64,000 bases of DNA from Moniliella sp. 'wahieum' (lineage: Eukaryota), in assembly GCA_003971905.1 (NCBI GenBank), contig RSEE01000160.1:1-64000 (forward strand), written 5' to 3'. Each line of letters opens with the position of its first letter. Positions within the stretch are counted from its first letter, which is position 1. Below the pieces are notes generated by a model. That model was given only the letters and a program-made list of their open reading frames with translations, ran no database searches and had not been told where the DNA came from. Positions 13,066 to 27,220 of the stretch are shown here, one piece after another. Both the position numbers and the translations under genes were made by a program.

Positions 13066-14987
13066 ATGGAGAAGGATCGAGTTCAGATGCCCGTTGTGGC
13101 GGAGCACCTTGCGCCCGAAGCGCCTGCGGACGCGCCGCCCGAGTACGACATTGGGGAGCCGGTGATCAACCGCAACCCTGTCTTTGGTCAGATCATGGCG
13201 TTTCTCCACACGCGCTATTATTATTATGCGGGACTTTGCGCTGATTGGCTTGTTGCTAGGGATTGGATTCCGTCGGTGGTGCGCAAGCAGCACCGGCACA
13301 AGTGGGTGATTACGACGATCATTTCGTGGTTTTTCATTCTGCTTATTTTGCTACCATTCCAAGTACATTCCCCAGCGGCCGTTTATCCGGATCATCAGTG
13401 CGGTGTGGATGACGTGTGTGGAGAAACCCTTTTTCCGCTTCCCGTACTATGCCCGCCTGGCATTTGGATGGGCATGTTTGTTCGTGCTGTACTTTGGTGC
13501 AGCGTTTGGCATCAAGGCTACTCACGAAGCACCTTACCGTCCGCGCGGCGTCGCGTTGGTTGGCATCTTCCTCAATTACTGTGCGTTCTGTGCGCTGAGC
13601 AGCAACTGGCGCGCCATCCGCGCGTCAAACGACGATTGTCGGCTTGGGACTGCAGATGATATTGGGCTTGCTGGTGTACAAGACGGGCGCTGGGTACAAC
13701 TTGTTTGGATGGATCTCGACCGCCTTGACTGACTTGCTGGAGCAAGGCCAGATTGGTGGTGCGACCTTTTCTGGGGCGCCCCCTTGGTGGCGGAAGGTAC
13801 GTTACAGTTCCTAGCTTTTTCTTGATCCTACCGTTTTTTTCTTGGTGGGGTGGTGCATGGCATGGGTAGTTTGCTGACACCAGACCGTGGCAGGCCACTT
13901 CTTTATCAACACGTTGAGCTGCATTCTGTGGTTTGTGGCGTTTGCCACGATGCTGTTTTACATGGGTGTGCTGGGCTGGATCATCAAAAAGTTTGCTTGG
14001 TTCTTCTACAAGCTGTTTGGTATCTCGGGTGCCGAGTCGGTCGTGGCGGCCGCCACGCCATTTATTGGGCAAGGCGAGAACTGTGTGCTGACGCGCCCGT
14101 TTGTGACCGAGTTCACCGACAGCGAGTTCCACCAAGTCTTGACTTCCGGTTTTGGTACGTCCCTCTTAGCGCGCAACCCCGACGATCAGCCTGCTAACGT
14201 TGTTTTTTGCTTCTTGTCTTGGCTGTTTGTGTCTCGGCAGCTACGATTAGTGGGTCGGTGTTCATTGCGTACGTGAATATGGGCATGTCGGGGCGAGACC
14301 TGCTGTTATCGTCGATGATGTCCATTCCTGGCTCGATTGCGGCGAGCAAGATTGTTGTTCCGGAGACGCAGCGTCCGCGTACGGTGGGCCGTGTGATTAT
14401 TAGTCGTGCGGCGTCGGAGGACGACACGGATGTGCCGCTGGAAGAGAGCGGTCGGCAAACACGTTGCATGCGTTTTCGAATGGCGCAGCGTTTGGTGTCA
14501 AGGTGGTGTGGATGGTATGGGCGAACGTGCTGTGCATTTTGTCGTTGGTGTACACGATCAATGGTGTGTTGGCGTGGATTGGCGAGTACTGGGGCATGAA
14601 CCAGAAGGGCCCGTATGCGTTGAACCTCTACCTGATTGGCGGGTACATTTTGTACCGTATGTGTGGCTACTGGGTGTGGAGGGGAACCAACTGATCCGCG
14701 TCTCGCGTCGTCGCACAAAAGATCATCGCCAATGAGTTTGCCGCGTACCAGGAACTCTCGGACGGATGAAGGCCGACCCCAACTACCTCACGCCGCACAA
14801 CAAGCGTGTCGCTACGTTGGCCCTGTGCGGGTTTGCCAACCTGGCCTCGATGGGCATCAACATTGGTGTCATGTCCGCCATGGCGCCCAAGCGCGCCGAC
14901 ACGATCATCCGCCTTACCCCCACCGCGCTCGTCACGGGCGCGGCGGTAACGTGCATGACGGCCGCGATTGGTGGTATTATTTCGTAA
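13066..14987 (+). CDS. CNT: Concentrative nucleoside transporter (CNT/SLC28; H+/nucleoside cotransporter)
   Basis: Motifs [45 protein letters not shown] and [19 protein letters not shown] introns start near 13797, 14155 and 14657. Several indels. Confidence 0.92.
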
Positions 14988-16186
14988 CCCCACCCGACCT
15001 GATGCTGTCCAACCGTCCCCTTCCCACCCTCCCCCCCGTACCTCACCGGGGTGGTCATGGGTCGATGGGCCACGGTTGGTACTTTATGGTCCCTAGTCTC
15101 TCCCCCACCTCCCACTCAAAAGGATGCCGGTGCGTCTCCCTGCCCATTTTCCCTGGGCGGGCGGGGACTTTTTTGTTGTGGATACAACCTCACCCCCCTT
15201 GCTCCCTCGCCCTTCTCCCCTGTCTTGCTCGCCGTGGCTCGCGCCAGGCGGGTGCACTCGTGATCTCTCTCTGTTCCTGATCTGTCTCTTGCCATGACCA
15301 AACCGTAATGATCATGTCTGCCTCTGTGCTTGCGATGGTGGAGGGATGGCGCCTGGATCGGATGATAGTCTCGAGTAGGAACGTTGAAGTTGAGCCCGCG
15401 AGGAAGGTGGAGATGCTCTCAGGGCGATCGGGACGCCGCCCCGCTGGCTGAGCGCAGCGGACTGCGGACCACAGCACTAATGTACTAATGACGTTGGTGA
15501 GTGATTTCCCGCGCGGCTGGGCAAGTGCCGCGAGGCGCGCAGGCAGGGGGCGCAGCAGCACAGGGGCCGTGTGGGACACAACCCTACCCCGCTGCGCTGG
15601 GCCGAACGGGGCAGCACGCCAGAGCGGGTGGGAAGGCAGGCGCGGCGGCAGTGTAAGTGCACCGCCACGCGTGGTGGTGCATGAGGGCTAGGCTCACGAG
15701 TGGGGGGGAGCACAGGTGCACTGGCGCAGTGCGCCTCCGCGGCATCCCCGGGTGCACTGCCCTGCTGGGGGAGCATCCCACACCCTGGCGCCCGAGCAGT
15801 GCACACAGCCGCAGTGCGTCGGTGGGCGGTCGGATCGGCAGGGCGCGGGCGAGTGGCGCCGTGCGGCGGGTGGGCGCTCGGTGGGCCGCCCGCGGGGGTG
15901 GGGCACGGGCGCAGTGTGCGGCGGGCGGCGGCGCAGGGCAGTGTCTCGGCCGCAGTGCGCGACGGCCGCCAACGACACTGCGGCGCCGTGCGCGGGTGCG
16001 AGAGCGGCGCAGTGCCGGGGCGTGTGGCGGCCAGCGCCGCGCACCGCCTCGTTTGGGCGGGCAGCCAAGCTAAGCTAAGCTACGCTACTCTACGCTCACC
16101 ACCACACCACCTACCCCAACGCCATCTCCTCCGCCTTCTTCCCCACCCGCCTCCGCCTCCACCCTGCGTGGCCACCCCCTGTGCCC

Positions 16187-19163
16187 ATGGCGACCACCGC
16201 CATGGCCTCCTCCCTCCCTGCCGCCGACGCGCCCCCGCCCCCGCGCCCTCTTCGGCCTCCAAGCCCCGCGGCACCAACCCCCTCGTCGATCTGTGGCCAC
16301 CGAGGAAACGCACCTCGCCGCGCTCCATGCGCTGATCCACAACGTTGCCCGCGCCTGGTCGCGCTCCCACCCTCCCCCGCGCGCGCTCGATGCCATGTTC
16401 CGCGCTCGAGGCGCTGTCCCGCGCCCACCGCACCTTCTTTCCCAGCTGCAGGCCATTGGTCCCCGCCCCGCCTCGCCCAAGGCGCTGGGCGACCTGCTCA
16501 TGCGCTGGGTCGACGACCTCGACCCGCCCTACGCCCGTTTCTTGCTGCCTTCACTGCGCCCCTCGATGCGCTGCCTGGCGTCGCGGACAACCCCAAGCTC
16601 GCGGCCCTCTTGGCCCAGAATGCGCCCCTCCTGCCCGCCTCGCTCGACGCCGCATTTGCCCTGCCGCTCACCCGTTGGGGTACTACAAGCGCCTCTATGC
16701 GCGTCTGCTCCGTTCCACCCAGCCGGCCGCTCGACCACCGCCTCCTGGTCACCGCCAACGGCAAGCTGGATGCGCTGTTGGCGCAGGCGGACCAGGCGCG
16801 CCAGTCCCACCCAGCCCCAGCCCCAATCCCAATCCCAATTCCAACCCCAACCCCAACCCCGCTCCAGGTCCTGGGGCAGGCGCTGCGCCCCGGCCCGCTG
16901 GCCAAGACCGACGACGGATGAGCAATGCGCCCTCGAGCCACTCGGCCGCGTCAGCAAGCAGCAGCCAAGCCTTTGTCTCTCCGCCCGTCAGTGCGACGCA
17001 CAGCAGTGCCAGTTCGCTTTCGCCGCCGCTGTTTGCCGCCCTCGGGTGGGGTGGCTGGTCTGTCGCTCAAGGGTGGGCTGGCCGAGTCCAACGGCGCTCC
17101 GCCATCTTTCTCAGGTGCGGAACCGGTACTTGACATGCGCACCGCGCCTTCCGGTACCTCTGTTCCAGCTCGCACCACTCTCCCGACCTGTCTTCTCCCC
17201 ATCTAGGTCCGCTGCCCAAGTTCGGTGCTTTATCGCTGGACAGCTCGCCCGCTCCCAACGCTGTGGCGCGGACCGAGTCGCCCGCGGCGCTCGCTGCGCG
17301 TCTGCAAGCGGAGCTAGACACAGTCACACCTTGGACCTGTTCACGCTCCAGCCCAAAGCGTGTGCACTCCATCTGGCTCGGCCTGACTTGCCTTTGAACG
17401 TCGTCTGCGCGCCGCGAGCAATGTGACGATCCGGCTGCTCCCGCGTGCGGGTTCGGCCGCCGCGGGAGGGCAAGGTGCGATATGGTCCGATGGGCATGCC
17501 GTGCTACTCACCGACCTGTTCCTCTTGGCGCTCAACCTGCCGCGTGAGGGACCCCCCGCCGCCACCCGCAGGTCAGGGCAGCGCAGCGCGATCCGGTCTG
17601 CTTTCCCCCCGCTGACAGGCAAACATCTTACCCTTGCCCCCCTGCCGCCGCAGGCGCAGCAGTCGGAAGCAGTTGCGCTCACGGTGCTGGGCAAAGAAAC
17701 GTTGTTGCTTACGTTTGGTCCGCGCGGCGACCCGATTGCGGCTGAGAACGCGGCGCTTTGGCGCGCTCAGATCCAAGATTGTCACCAGTTTGCCTCGGCT
17801 GTACGTCGCTCCTTTCGCTTGTGTGTGTATGTGTGTGGTGGCGTGGCGTTAACTTAGCCTACTTTGTTCGTGTCGTAGTGGCAGGGGGTCGTCCCCCGCC
17901 CGCTCCTGCTGCTGCGCCTGCGCCTGCGGCTACCATGGCCGCTCTGGGCCGCAGTACCCTCAATGGACCGCGGCAGCTGGACCCGTCGGCGTCGGCGTCG
18001 GCGCGTCGGGGCCTGTGCGTGGACAGCCTTTAGAACCGGTGCCGATGCCGTCGATTTCGGTCGATGGGAGGCAAGGGTTTTCTTCTCCGTCGCCTGTGCA
18101 CGGCAGCCTGCCTCGGGCAGTTTCCATGGCTGGGACCAAGATGCTCGTCCCAGCAGCAGCAGCACCTCGGCCCATCGTTCGTTCTAGCCCCTCAAGGCCA
18201 AGGTGCCGGCCAAGGGCCAGGTCAAGGTCAAGGGCAAGGTCCGCTGCCCCCTCGACTTCCTAGTCCTCTTCTTCCCGCGTCGCCCAATGGCTCGCACACG
18301 CTCTCTCCCTCGCCGCACAGTCCCGTGCCTGCGCCCGGCTTCCCTTCGGGGATGGGCATGGTACCTGTACCTGGTGCGCCGGGCATGGCTCCGATCGCCA
18401 GTCCTACCAGTTTAGCACATCGTTCCCGCCTGCGCTTGCTCCTGCGCTCGCTGCGCACTCGGCTCCGTCCAGTCCGGCCGTGCGGCCGCAGCCTGGTCCA
18501 CTGGGTGCGACGGGCGGTGGATCGGCCATGGCGCACCCGGCAAGCGCTCGACCGGGACTCTTACCGCGTTCGGCATCGTACTCGGCTGACGGGACGGCTG
18601 CTGGCCCCGTGCCGGGTGGTGCTGGTGCAACCACCAGCGAAAGTGGGGTAGCGATGCCGTCTGCGTTGCTCAAGTCGGGGCAGCTTGCCGAGAGCGGGGG
18701 GTGGCGAGTCGGAACGATATGTTGGCAGCCGCGTCGGACGAGTTGTTGCCTGGGGAGACGGTATCGAGTTCGGTGGCGGAAGATACTGCGGTCGCGTCGG
18801 GTGGGGGGGGCTGAAAGCGACGCGTCTAGTGGCGCAGATGCGGTCCAAGGTATTTCTGCGTGCTGGGTCGGGGTGGAAACCATTGGCGGGCACAGGTGCA
18901 GTTGTATGCGCTGGTGCCGCGCAGTGGGATCCGACGGGAACACCAAGCGCGCCAGCTGGTCGCGCAGGGTAAGTCGAAAACGTGATTTCGACCCTGGTCT
19001 TGACGGATGGCGGGGCGCATCGGATGGGGCGCACGGGGGTGGCGGTGGAATGCTCCTACGACGGATTGCGCACCGGCGTCGTCTACCTCCTCCAGCTCCG
19101 AGCGAGGCCAGTGCCGATGGACTGTACGCGGCCATCATGGAGGATGCGGGCAAGACGGCGTAG
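16187..19163 (+). CDS. DH (RhoGEF)-like/PH-like domain protein with low-complexity C-terminus
   Basis: ATEETHLAALHALIHNVARAWSRSHPPPRALDAMFR and DLLMRWVDDLDPPYARF resemble DH helices. A later segment (HAVLLTDLFLL...LLLTF...WRAQIQDC) is PH-like. Multiple frameshifts. Confidence 0.55.
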
Positions 19164-19274
19164 CTGGCTGGTTTATTTTTTGGCCTCTGCTTGCTTGCCC
19201 GCCCCAGGTTCTCGCTTGCATGATCCGATCTTTGTTCCCCCATTTCGCCATCGTCATCGCCAGTTCGCCATGAA

Positions 19275-20050
19275 CCTTCTCTCTTTCTCTCTCTCTCTCG
19301 CTCTCGCTCTATCAATCTCTATCCCTATCCCTCCCTCTCTCCTGGTTCTCTCTTCTCGCCCTCTCTCGCACCCCCCACTTGCCTTTGCCTTGCTGCGCCT
19401 GACTTCTCGCATCGTTTCCCCTTCCCCCTGGCATCCACACTGTATCGCATACCACCCCCCCTCCCACCTCTCACCTTCCCACCTTGCAAGGCACCAAGGC
19501 AGGGCGATGCGAGCTTGTTTGCGGCGCTTATCGAACAGTTCGGTCCAGTTCGGTCCAGTTCGGTTCGGTTCGATTAGGATCACTTTGCTCGCTCCTTCAC
19601 CCAATCTCGCTTTCGCTTTCCCACCTTATTGTCCGTTGGGCAACCACGCCCGCATTTTTTTTTTCTCTTCCGTCGCAATCACGTTCCCTCGTGCTCTCCC
19701 TCTGCTCTTCCTCTTGCTCTTCCTCTTGCTCTTCTCTTGCTCTTTCTTCCTCTTGCTCTTCCCCTTGCTCTTGCTCTTTCCTCTTTCCTCATCTTGCTTT
19801 CTTTTTTCGTCAGCTTCGTTTTCCCCCTCTCTTTACCTCTTACTCTTCACCCGTTTGGTTTCTTGTTTCCCTGTCCTGCTACTTGCTTTTGTTTCGGCTT
19901 TGGGCTTTCCTTTGGTTTTTTTTGCCTTTGGTTTTGCCTTTTTGGTTTTGGTTTTGGTTTTGGCTTCTAATGAGGAAGAGGAGGGGTGCACAAAAATGGC
20001 ATGGGTTCTCTGCAGTACGTGCACGTTGATGTTGATGTTGACGTTGACGT
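19275..20050. repeat. Pyrimidine-rich low-complexity tract (CT, CTCTTG, TTTTGG, GTTGAT repeats)
   Basis: Visible tandem repeats downstream of the DH-like gene. Confidence 0.8.
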
Positions 20051-21027
20051 TGGTTGGGAGCCAGTGGTCCGTTTCGTTTGGCTACAGCTACTAGTAGTAC
20101 CAGCCAGTACCCGTCGCAGTACCATCTACTACCGTCCCTACCATCGGGTACCATCGCGTATACCGTCTTCTACCGAACGTCTCCTGTCGCTATCGCTCCC
20201 CGAACCCATGCCCATTGCCAACCCACAAGGCGCACCGACCCAACACTGAACACGATGAAAGATGTCGACGATGCCTGCGAGTCCCTGGGGAATTGGATCC
20301 TGCCCGGCCCAGATGCGCATAGGACCAACCTATGTGCGGTACAGAGTGTGGGAACGTAGACTCCCACCAAGTTTCAAGCGTAAAGCCGATATGCGACCGG
20401 CCAACGGGTGGTGGGTTGGATGCTACATGACGCTAACCTACCTCTTTGCCTAGGCACAGTACCCTTTTCCTCAGGGCGGCTACAGACCCTGTACGCAGAC
20501 CGGACAACCAGCCCAACCCAACGCATCTGATCTGGGGTGCCTCTCCCCCGCTCCGTCTCTATCTCCATCTCCATCTCCATCTCCATCTGCCTCGGCACGG
20601 GCGCGTCTCCATGCTGGTGAAACCGGACCCCGATGCCAAGCGAGACAGCAATCAAGAACTGGAGGTCAGTAGACGATAGGGATGGATGATTGGTGAGCGA
20701 TAGGAGAGAGTAACGGAGAGGGAGGAGGAGGGAGTGGAAGAGAGGGAAGACTAAGCTACGACGGCCAAGGCTTCCAGAAGGAGACGCACCGGACAACTCC
20801 CCAACCACGCTTCCGTCTGAGCGGAACTAGCGACACTAGATGCTGGATAGAAGTTGCTGGGAGCACCAGAGTGCGGCTATGCCCTTGGCACACTGCACTA
20901 GTGCCCCAACACTGGTCTGCTACTCGTGTCATAAAGAAAGACGGACGGTCCACTGGTCTGCTCCTCGAACCACCAGTCATATATCACAGAAGAGACAGTC
21001 AGGTAAGCCATCGAGACAGACTTAAGT

Positions 21028-22571
21028 TTATCGCTGCGCGCGGGCGTTGGCAATGAGCTGGTCCATGGTCCAGAGCGTGAGCAGACGCGCATGCTGGGCC
21101 TCAGCAACCGAGAGGACCGGTTGGATCTGCGGCGTGGGCGGCGGGTCGAGCGGGCCATAGGCAACGACAAGCTGACAAGCATCAGGTTCGGACGTGCCCG
21201 TGCTGCTGCTGGTGGTACTGCTTGTGCCGGTGGTGCTGCCGGTGCTGGTTGCCGTTGCTGGTGGTGGCATTGGCCGCGTGGCCCAGAGGGAGGTGAATGC
21301 GGTAAAACGCATACCGACGTTCCGGTACGCCCTTGAGACAAAGCACCGCATCCCCATCCCCATTCCCATTCCCATCCCCATTCCCATCCCCATCCGCCTC
21401 CACATGCGCATCCCAAGCCCCGCGCGACCGTGGTGGGTCACTATGGGACGAAACAGAAGCCGAAGCAGAAGCAGAAGCAGAAGTGGAAGTGGAAGCCGAA
21501 TGAGGAGGCAGGGACGGAGGGGGCTGCGGTCGCGCGTGCGCGTGCGGAGGGTCAGAGGCCAGCCAGGCAGCGAGTTGGATCTGGGCAAAATCAAACCCGA
21601 GTCCGACGCCGAAATTCTTGGTGAGGGCTTCCTTGTGCGTCCAGAGGGTAAACAGGCGTGCGAGGGTTCGGGTTTCAGCAGGGTCAAGGGTGCGCGCGGG
21701 CGAGCCTGTTCAGCGCGGGAGAGTGCCCGTTGAGCCGACCTGATCATCGGACACATGGGACGCATGGGACGAGAGGGACGCATGGGATTGGGACGACGCA
21801 GGTGGGACGGGAGTTGTGCCACTCAGTATCCACGCGCGCTCCTTCGGGGTCAAAGTCAACTCCATAGCCTGGACAAACGAGGTGACAGAACGTTCGTACC
21901 GCGGCAACGCGACGCGCATCACGTCCACGCCCACCCTGGTCCGCTGGGGGGGAGCGGTAGGACATGCAGCCAAGGCGACCCAGTCGCCATCGTGGGTCAC
22001 GTTGTAGTCCCACTCCGATGCGGCTGCGGTAACGGGGCTGCTCTGTATCCGGCACACGTCAGCGCTCGGCCTGGGTCGGGCGGGGGAGGGGAGGGAAGGG
22101 GAAGAACGTGAACGTACCAGGAACGGACGACCTTCGCGCGTAGTAGCGAACTGGAGCTGGTCCCACGCCCAGCCGAGGTGGGAAGAGTAGAGCAGGCGCG
22201 GGAGCAGTTGGCCAGCCAGCGCGCCTGGGTGAAAAGCAAAAAGCAGCGCCGCAACACAACACAACACAACACAACGCAAAGTCAGTCCGAGCGCAAGTAG
22301 CGAGGGGGGGGGGAGAAAGGGCAAGGAAGAGGAAGGAAGAGGAAAGAAGAGGAAAGGTTGCTACGTACGGATCTGGTCGGGACGCGGTAAAAGGCGCGTA
22401 CTTTGCGGCTAGCGGGGGAGTCGGGGCCGAGCAGCTCGTCAGCCAGCGCGGCGAGCTCGGAGGCGGAGGTGCGGTCGAGCCAGGCGGACACGTCGACGGC
22501 CCAAACGAGCAGCGGCGGCGGCGGCGGCGCGACAGGGGCGGCGACAGGGGCGGCGACAGGGGCGACGGCAT
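21028..22571 (-). CDS. LYS5: Sfp-type 4'-phosphopantetheinyl transferase (LYS5/NpgA-like)
   Basis: Motifs ALAGQLLPRLL, TREGRPFL, YNVTHDGDWV and RVGVDVM. Another frame gives LFTLWTHKEALTKNFGVGLGFDF (WxxKEA motif, ~21580-21660). Two introns; start approximate. Confidence 0.88.
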
Positions 22572-22846
22572 TGCTTGCGCGGCGGCCAGCAGCCGTGGCG
22601 AGCGCGGGGAGCTCGGCGTCGGCGTCGGCGTTGGCGTTGGGCTCAGCCTCAGCGGTACTCGCGGGGCGCGAATAAGCGGCGCAGGCGGAACGCCGGTTCC
22701 GCCACGCCGGCGCCGGCGGGCTTCTTGGGCCGGAAGCGGGAAGAAGCGGGAAGGAAGGAAGGAAGGAAGCCGTGCGGAGGCCAAGTCGGCGGTGGGCCCA
22801 TGCGCCTTGGCGCGCCATCACCCCCACCCCCACCGCCGTCTGCGCC

Positions 22847-23960
22847 ATGGCTGCTCCCTCGCCCTTCCCGCCGCTCGGAGTGCCTGGGCATGCGCCTGGC
22901 GAGCCGCTGGCTGAGCAACTGCATCTTCCGCCGCAGTCGGACGGTGGCAGTGCCAGTGCCGCCGAGGGCGCCGCGGCGCGCTATGGGTTCTTCACCCCGC
23001 TCATCCAAGCTGCTGGCCGGCTACATGCTGCTCGGCATCGTCTCGACTTGCCGAACCCCGGGACGATTGAGCATCTGCAGCGGGAAGTCAAGGCGACGCA
23101 TTTGACCAATCACTTTTTCGATGGTGCGCGCGCCGATTTGACGAAGGTGTTTTCTGTCAACCCTGTGTTCCAGGTGACGCATGCGTTTAGTATGCCCGCG
23201 GCGCCCAACCCGCCAAGCTACAACTTTGGTGCGGTGTTGGGTGACCATCGGCACTTTCTCCAGGGTGGGGTGGACGATTCGGGGTCGGTGACGATGCGTG
23301 CGAATCGCGGGTGGGGGTACGGCCACATTTCGAAAGTGCAAGCGCAGTTGGTGAGTGGGTCAGGATCGTTTGTGCAGCTAGAGCATGACTACCAAGGTGG
23401 GGACCACAGTTTGAACCTCAAAGCGCTCAATCCATCGGTGACGAATGGCACGGGGATCTTTATGGCGAGTTACTTGCAATCGCTTACGCGTACCTTTGCC
23501 TGTGGGCTTGAGACGGTCGTCCAACGTCCCTCGCCCGAGGTGCAAGAAGCCACGACGGGCTACCACGCCAAGTTGACGGGTACGGAGAAGGAATGGATTG
23601 CGACGTTGTCCGCACAGGGGATGGGGGTACTGCAAGCGTCGTACTGGCACAAGTTGGCCGAGCGGGTAGAGGTGGCGGCGGATCTGCTCTTGTTGGCGGT
23701 AGGACCAAAGCGGGAAGCAACAGCCACGTTGGGTGCCAAATGGGACTTTCACATGTCCCCTGCGTACGCAGATTGACTCGGCGGGCAAGTTGGCGACGCA
23801 ACTGGAGCAGCGCTTGGCGCCTACTTTTTCGTTTACCGTCGGCGGGGAGATTGACCATGCCAAGGGGGCGTCGCGGTTTGGTGTTGGGCTCAACATCGAA
23901 TCGGGCGCTGAGATGGACCCAAATGCGCCGCCGCCAACACCGCCTTCTCTGCCTCTGTAG
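22847..23960 (+). CDS. TOM40: Mitochondrial import channel Tom40
   Basis: LDLPNPGTIEHLQREVK..HFFDGARADLTK, QLEHDYQG, ASYLQSLT and QIDSAGKL...FTVGGEIDH. There is one indel near 23760. Confidence 0.96.
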
Positions 23961-25534
23961 AGCGAGCACCCGCCGTTCGTTTCGACGCGTCGTTCAACGA
24001 GGAGTTTTGCTCCCAAAAAATAAAAAGAGGGCAAGCCGAGCATGGCCAAGGGGGCGGGGGGGGGGGTGCAGGAGCAATGCATTACATCGGCGTCTCGCCA
24101 GCTCGCGCGAGGACAAGAGAGAAGAAGTTGCTTCTGAAGCGAAGGGCTCTGTAATTGCGATGTGAATATTTGGGGCGTAGAGTGCGAGGGCAACGGTCAA
24201 CGTTCAACGTTCAACATTCAACTTGAACGGATGGGCGTCACATGACGGTGCGATGGATGCGGGAAGAATGGCGCATAACCGGTAACCGCCGCCTCTGGCC
24301 GGCTGTCTGGACACTTGAGCGACTGGATCGATCTGACGGATGATCGAGATGGATGGGTTGGCGACGTCACTCGCGTCACTTGCTAGTCCCTCAGCAGCTG
24401 GGCAGCTGGGCAGCTGAGCAGTGATCTTAGTGATCTTAGTGATCCTGAACTGGCTCCTCGGTTGAACGTGGTGAATGCAAACGATGGGTAGAGTAGGTTG
24501 ACGTTGAACTTGAACGTTGCGATTACTCACTAGTCACTAGCTACTATAGTCACTTCTGCCTCAGCGGCGCAAGCACTCAAGTTCGACTGGCGACAGTCTG
24601 TTTCAAGCTTGCGCCCAAACGGGATGGATGGTTTGGTTATACGTAGGCAGATGGGCTCATGCGCTCCAGCGCTCCTGGCCGCGAGCCTGCTCTCTGGCAC
24701 TCGGAACTCAGAACCCGCCGGGAGGCGCGGGTGGGTACGTAGCAGCCATGTTGAACGGCACGATAGATACGTTGACAGGGGGGGGGGGGCGTGTGGGCGA
24801 TGCCTTGTTCTTTTCTGTCGTCCCTGGAAGCGTGAGCTTGCCGCCGGACGCTTGCCGTCGAAAGCTGGACGCTTGAATTTGCTGCTGCCGTCGCAGCGTG
24901 GCGAAGGAGATGCCAATCAATAGCAATCTTACTCGGCCACCCGACGAATCGGACGACACGGGCGGCGCCAAACCCAGCGGGTAGCCAAACAAGGCAAGCA
25001 TCAGTGTGCGAAATGTGGCATCGACCACATATTTGCAGGCGCTCCGCATGCTCAGCCCGATCGCCAGTGTAGCTTCTGGTGAGGGCTGAGCCTCAGCGTC
25101 AGCCTGGGGATGGCCTCGCCTCAGCACCACGCACGCATCACCTCTTCTACGATCTAACCCCCAGAGTGGGACGAGGCTGGGAGGAATTTGGCAGCCAGAC
25201 AGGCAAGGTTTGGTTTGCGCCGGGCACGGACCACGCCAGTTGCGCGCCGCTGCCCCCGTGCCTGTGCTGGTCACGTGCGGCAGGCGGTCGTGCCACGTCC
25301 TGCGTGGGGGGGGTTTAAGTGTTGGTGCAGCGGCACGGCGGCAGTCTCCTTCTCGCCCAGCACAGCAAGCACCTCGACCGGGCTGATGTACTGATGTACC
25401 GAGTACTTGCGGATTACTGACGCCCGCCGCGATGTATATAACCCGCCCAGCTGTCCGGGCCTCCGCCCCTCTCTCCCCCATCTTTCCGATCCCCACCCCC
25501 CCTTCCCACCGTCCTCAACTCCACCAGAAGCACC

Positions 25535-27220
25535 ATGGCTCTCGCTCCCCAACGCCCGCATGACGCAGATCGAGTGGCTGGCCCACCTCAACCCGCTCGG
25601 CTTCCAGCAGACCGCGTCCAACCCCAACAACCGCAAGACGGCCATCGTCTGCACCATTGGGCCCAAGCAACAATGTGCCTACGCTCAAGGCGCTGCGTGA
25701 CGCCGGCATGAACGTCGTCCGTCTCAATGCGTCGCACGGCACGCACGAGTACTTCCAGTCGGTGATTGACAATGCTCGTGAGGTCGAGGCCAAGTACCCT
25801 GGCCGTCCGTTGGCCATTGCTCTGGACACCAAGGGTCCGGATGCGCACGGGCATGATGGTCAATGGGGAAGATGCGCCGATCGAGGCTGGCCACGAATTT
25901 TACGTGACGACCGACGATGCGTACGCTGAAAAGTCCAGCCCGAGTCACCTGTACATTGACTACAAGAACCTGCCCAAGATGATTGACGTGGGCAAGAAGA
26001 TTTACATTGACGATGGTATTCTTGCGCTGGAGGTGCTTGCGATTGAATCGCCTACGCTCGTCAAGGTGCGCGCTGTCAACGCCGGTGTGCTGAGCAACAA
26101 GAAGGTGTCAACCTTCCCATGACGGAGATTGACTTGCCCGCTCTGTCGGCCAAGGACGAGGCGGACATTCGTTTTGCCGTTTCGCAGAACCTCGACTACG
26201 TCTTTGCCTCTTTCATCCGTACCCCGCAGGACGTGCAGCACATCCGCCGCGTCCTCGGCGAGGACGGCGCCCACATCAAGATCATCTCCAAGATCGAGTC
26301 GCACCAGGGTGTGCAGAACTTCACCGACATTCTCAAGGAGACCGACGGTATCATGGTCGCCCGTGGTGACCTTGGTATTGAGATCCCGGCCGAGGCTGTG
26401 GCTGTGAGCCAGGTGTGTTTCTTTCTCCCGTCTTCCATTTTGTGCTTTGGTGTAGGGTTTCTCTGGGGATGTACTGACACGGGGTTGGTTGTTTTCCTCT
26501 TTTCGTCCGCAGAAAATGATGATCGCTCAATGCAACTTGGCTGGCAAGCCTGTGATTTGCGCTACGCAGATGCTCGAGTCGATGATCAAGAACAACCGTC
26601 CTACGCGTGCCGAGGTGTCGGACGTGTTCAACGCCGTCTTGGACGGTGCGGACTGTGTGATGTTGTCGGGTGAGACGGCCAAGGGACTGTACCCCGTGGA
26701 GGCAGTGACGACGATGGCGCAGACTGCTCGTCTTGCCGAATCGGCACTTGCCTATCCTGCGATCTTCAATGAGATGCGGCAAGTTGTGCAGACGCCTACG
26801 CACACGGAGGAGACTGTTGCTATGGCTGCTGTGGCTGCTGCGCTTGAGCAGAAGGCCGGTGCGATCCTTCTCATGTCTACTTCGGGTAACACCGCTCGCT
26901 TGGTGAGCAAGTACCGTCCCTCGTGCCCCGTGCTGGTGATTACGCGTAACGACCAGACTGTACGTGCGTGCCACCTGTACCGCGGTACCTACCCGTTCTA
27001 CTACCCGCACCCGCGTCCCGCCGTGGGCAAGTGGCAAGAGGACGTCGACAACCGGATCAAGTTTGGGTTCTCCGAGGCTTTGGCCCTGGGCATCCTCAAG
27101 CCCGGCGCTACCGTCGTCGCCCTCCAGGGCTGGCGCGCCGGTAAGGGCGCCACCAACTCGATGCGCATCCTCTCTGTCCCCACGCACGAGTCGGGTCTCG
27201 AGCTCGAGTCGGCCCAGTAA
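25535..27220 (+). CDS. CDC19: Pyruvate kinase
   Basis: [68 protein letters not shown] and MLSGETAKG. Intron ~26413-26512. Indels near the start. Confidence 0.97.

Noticed and set aside
18982..20094. 370-aa hydrophobic 'membrane protein' ORF (likewise 27540..28412)
   Set aside because: It is an artefact of translating CT/T-rich microsatellites.
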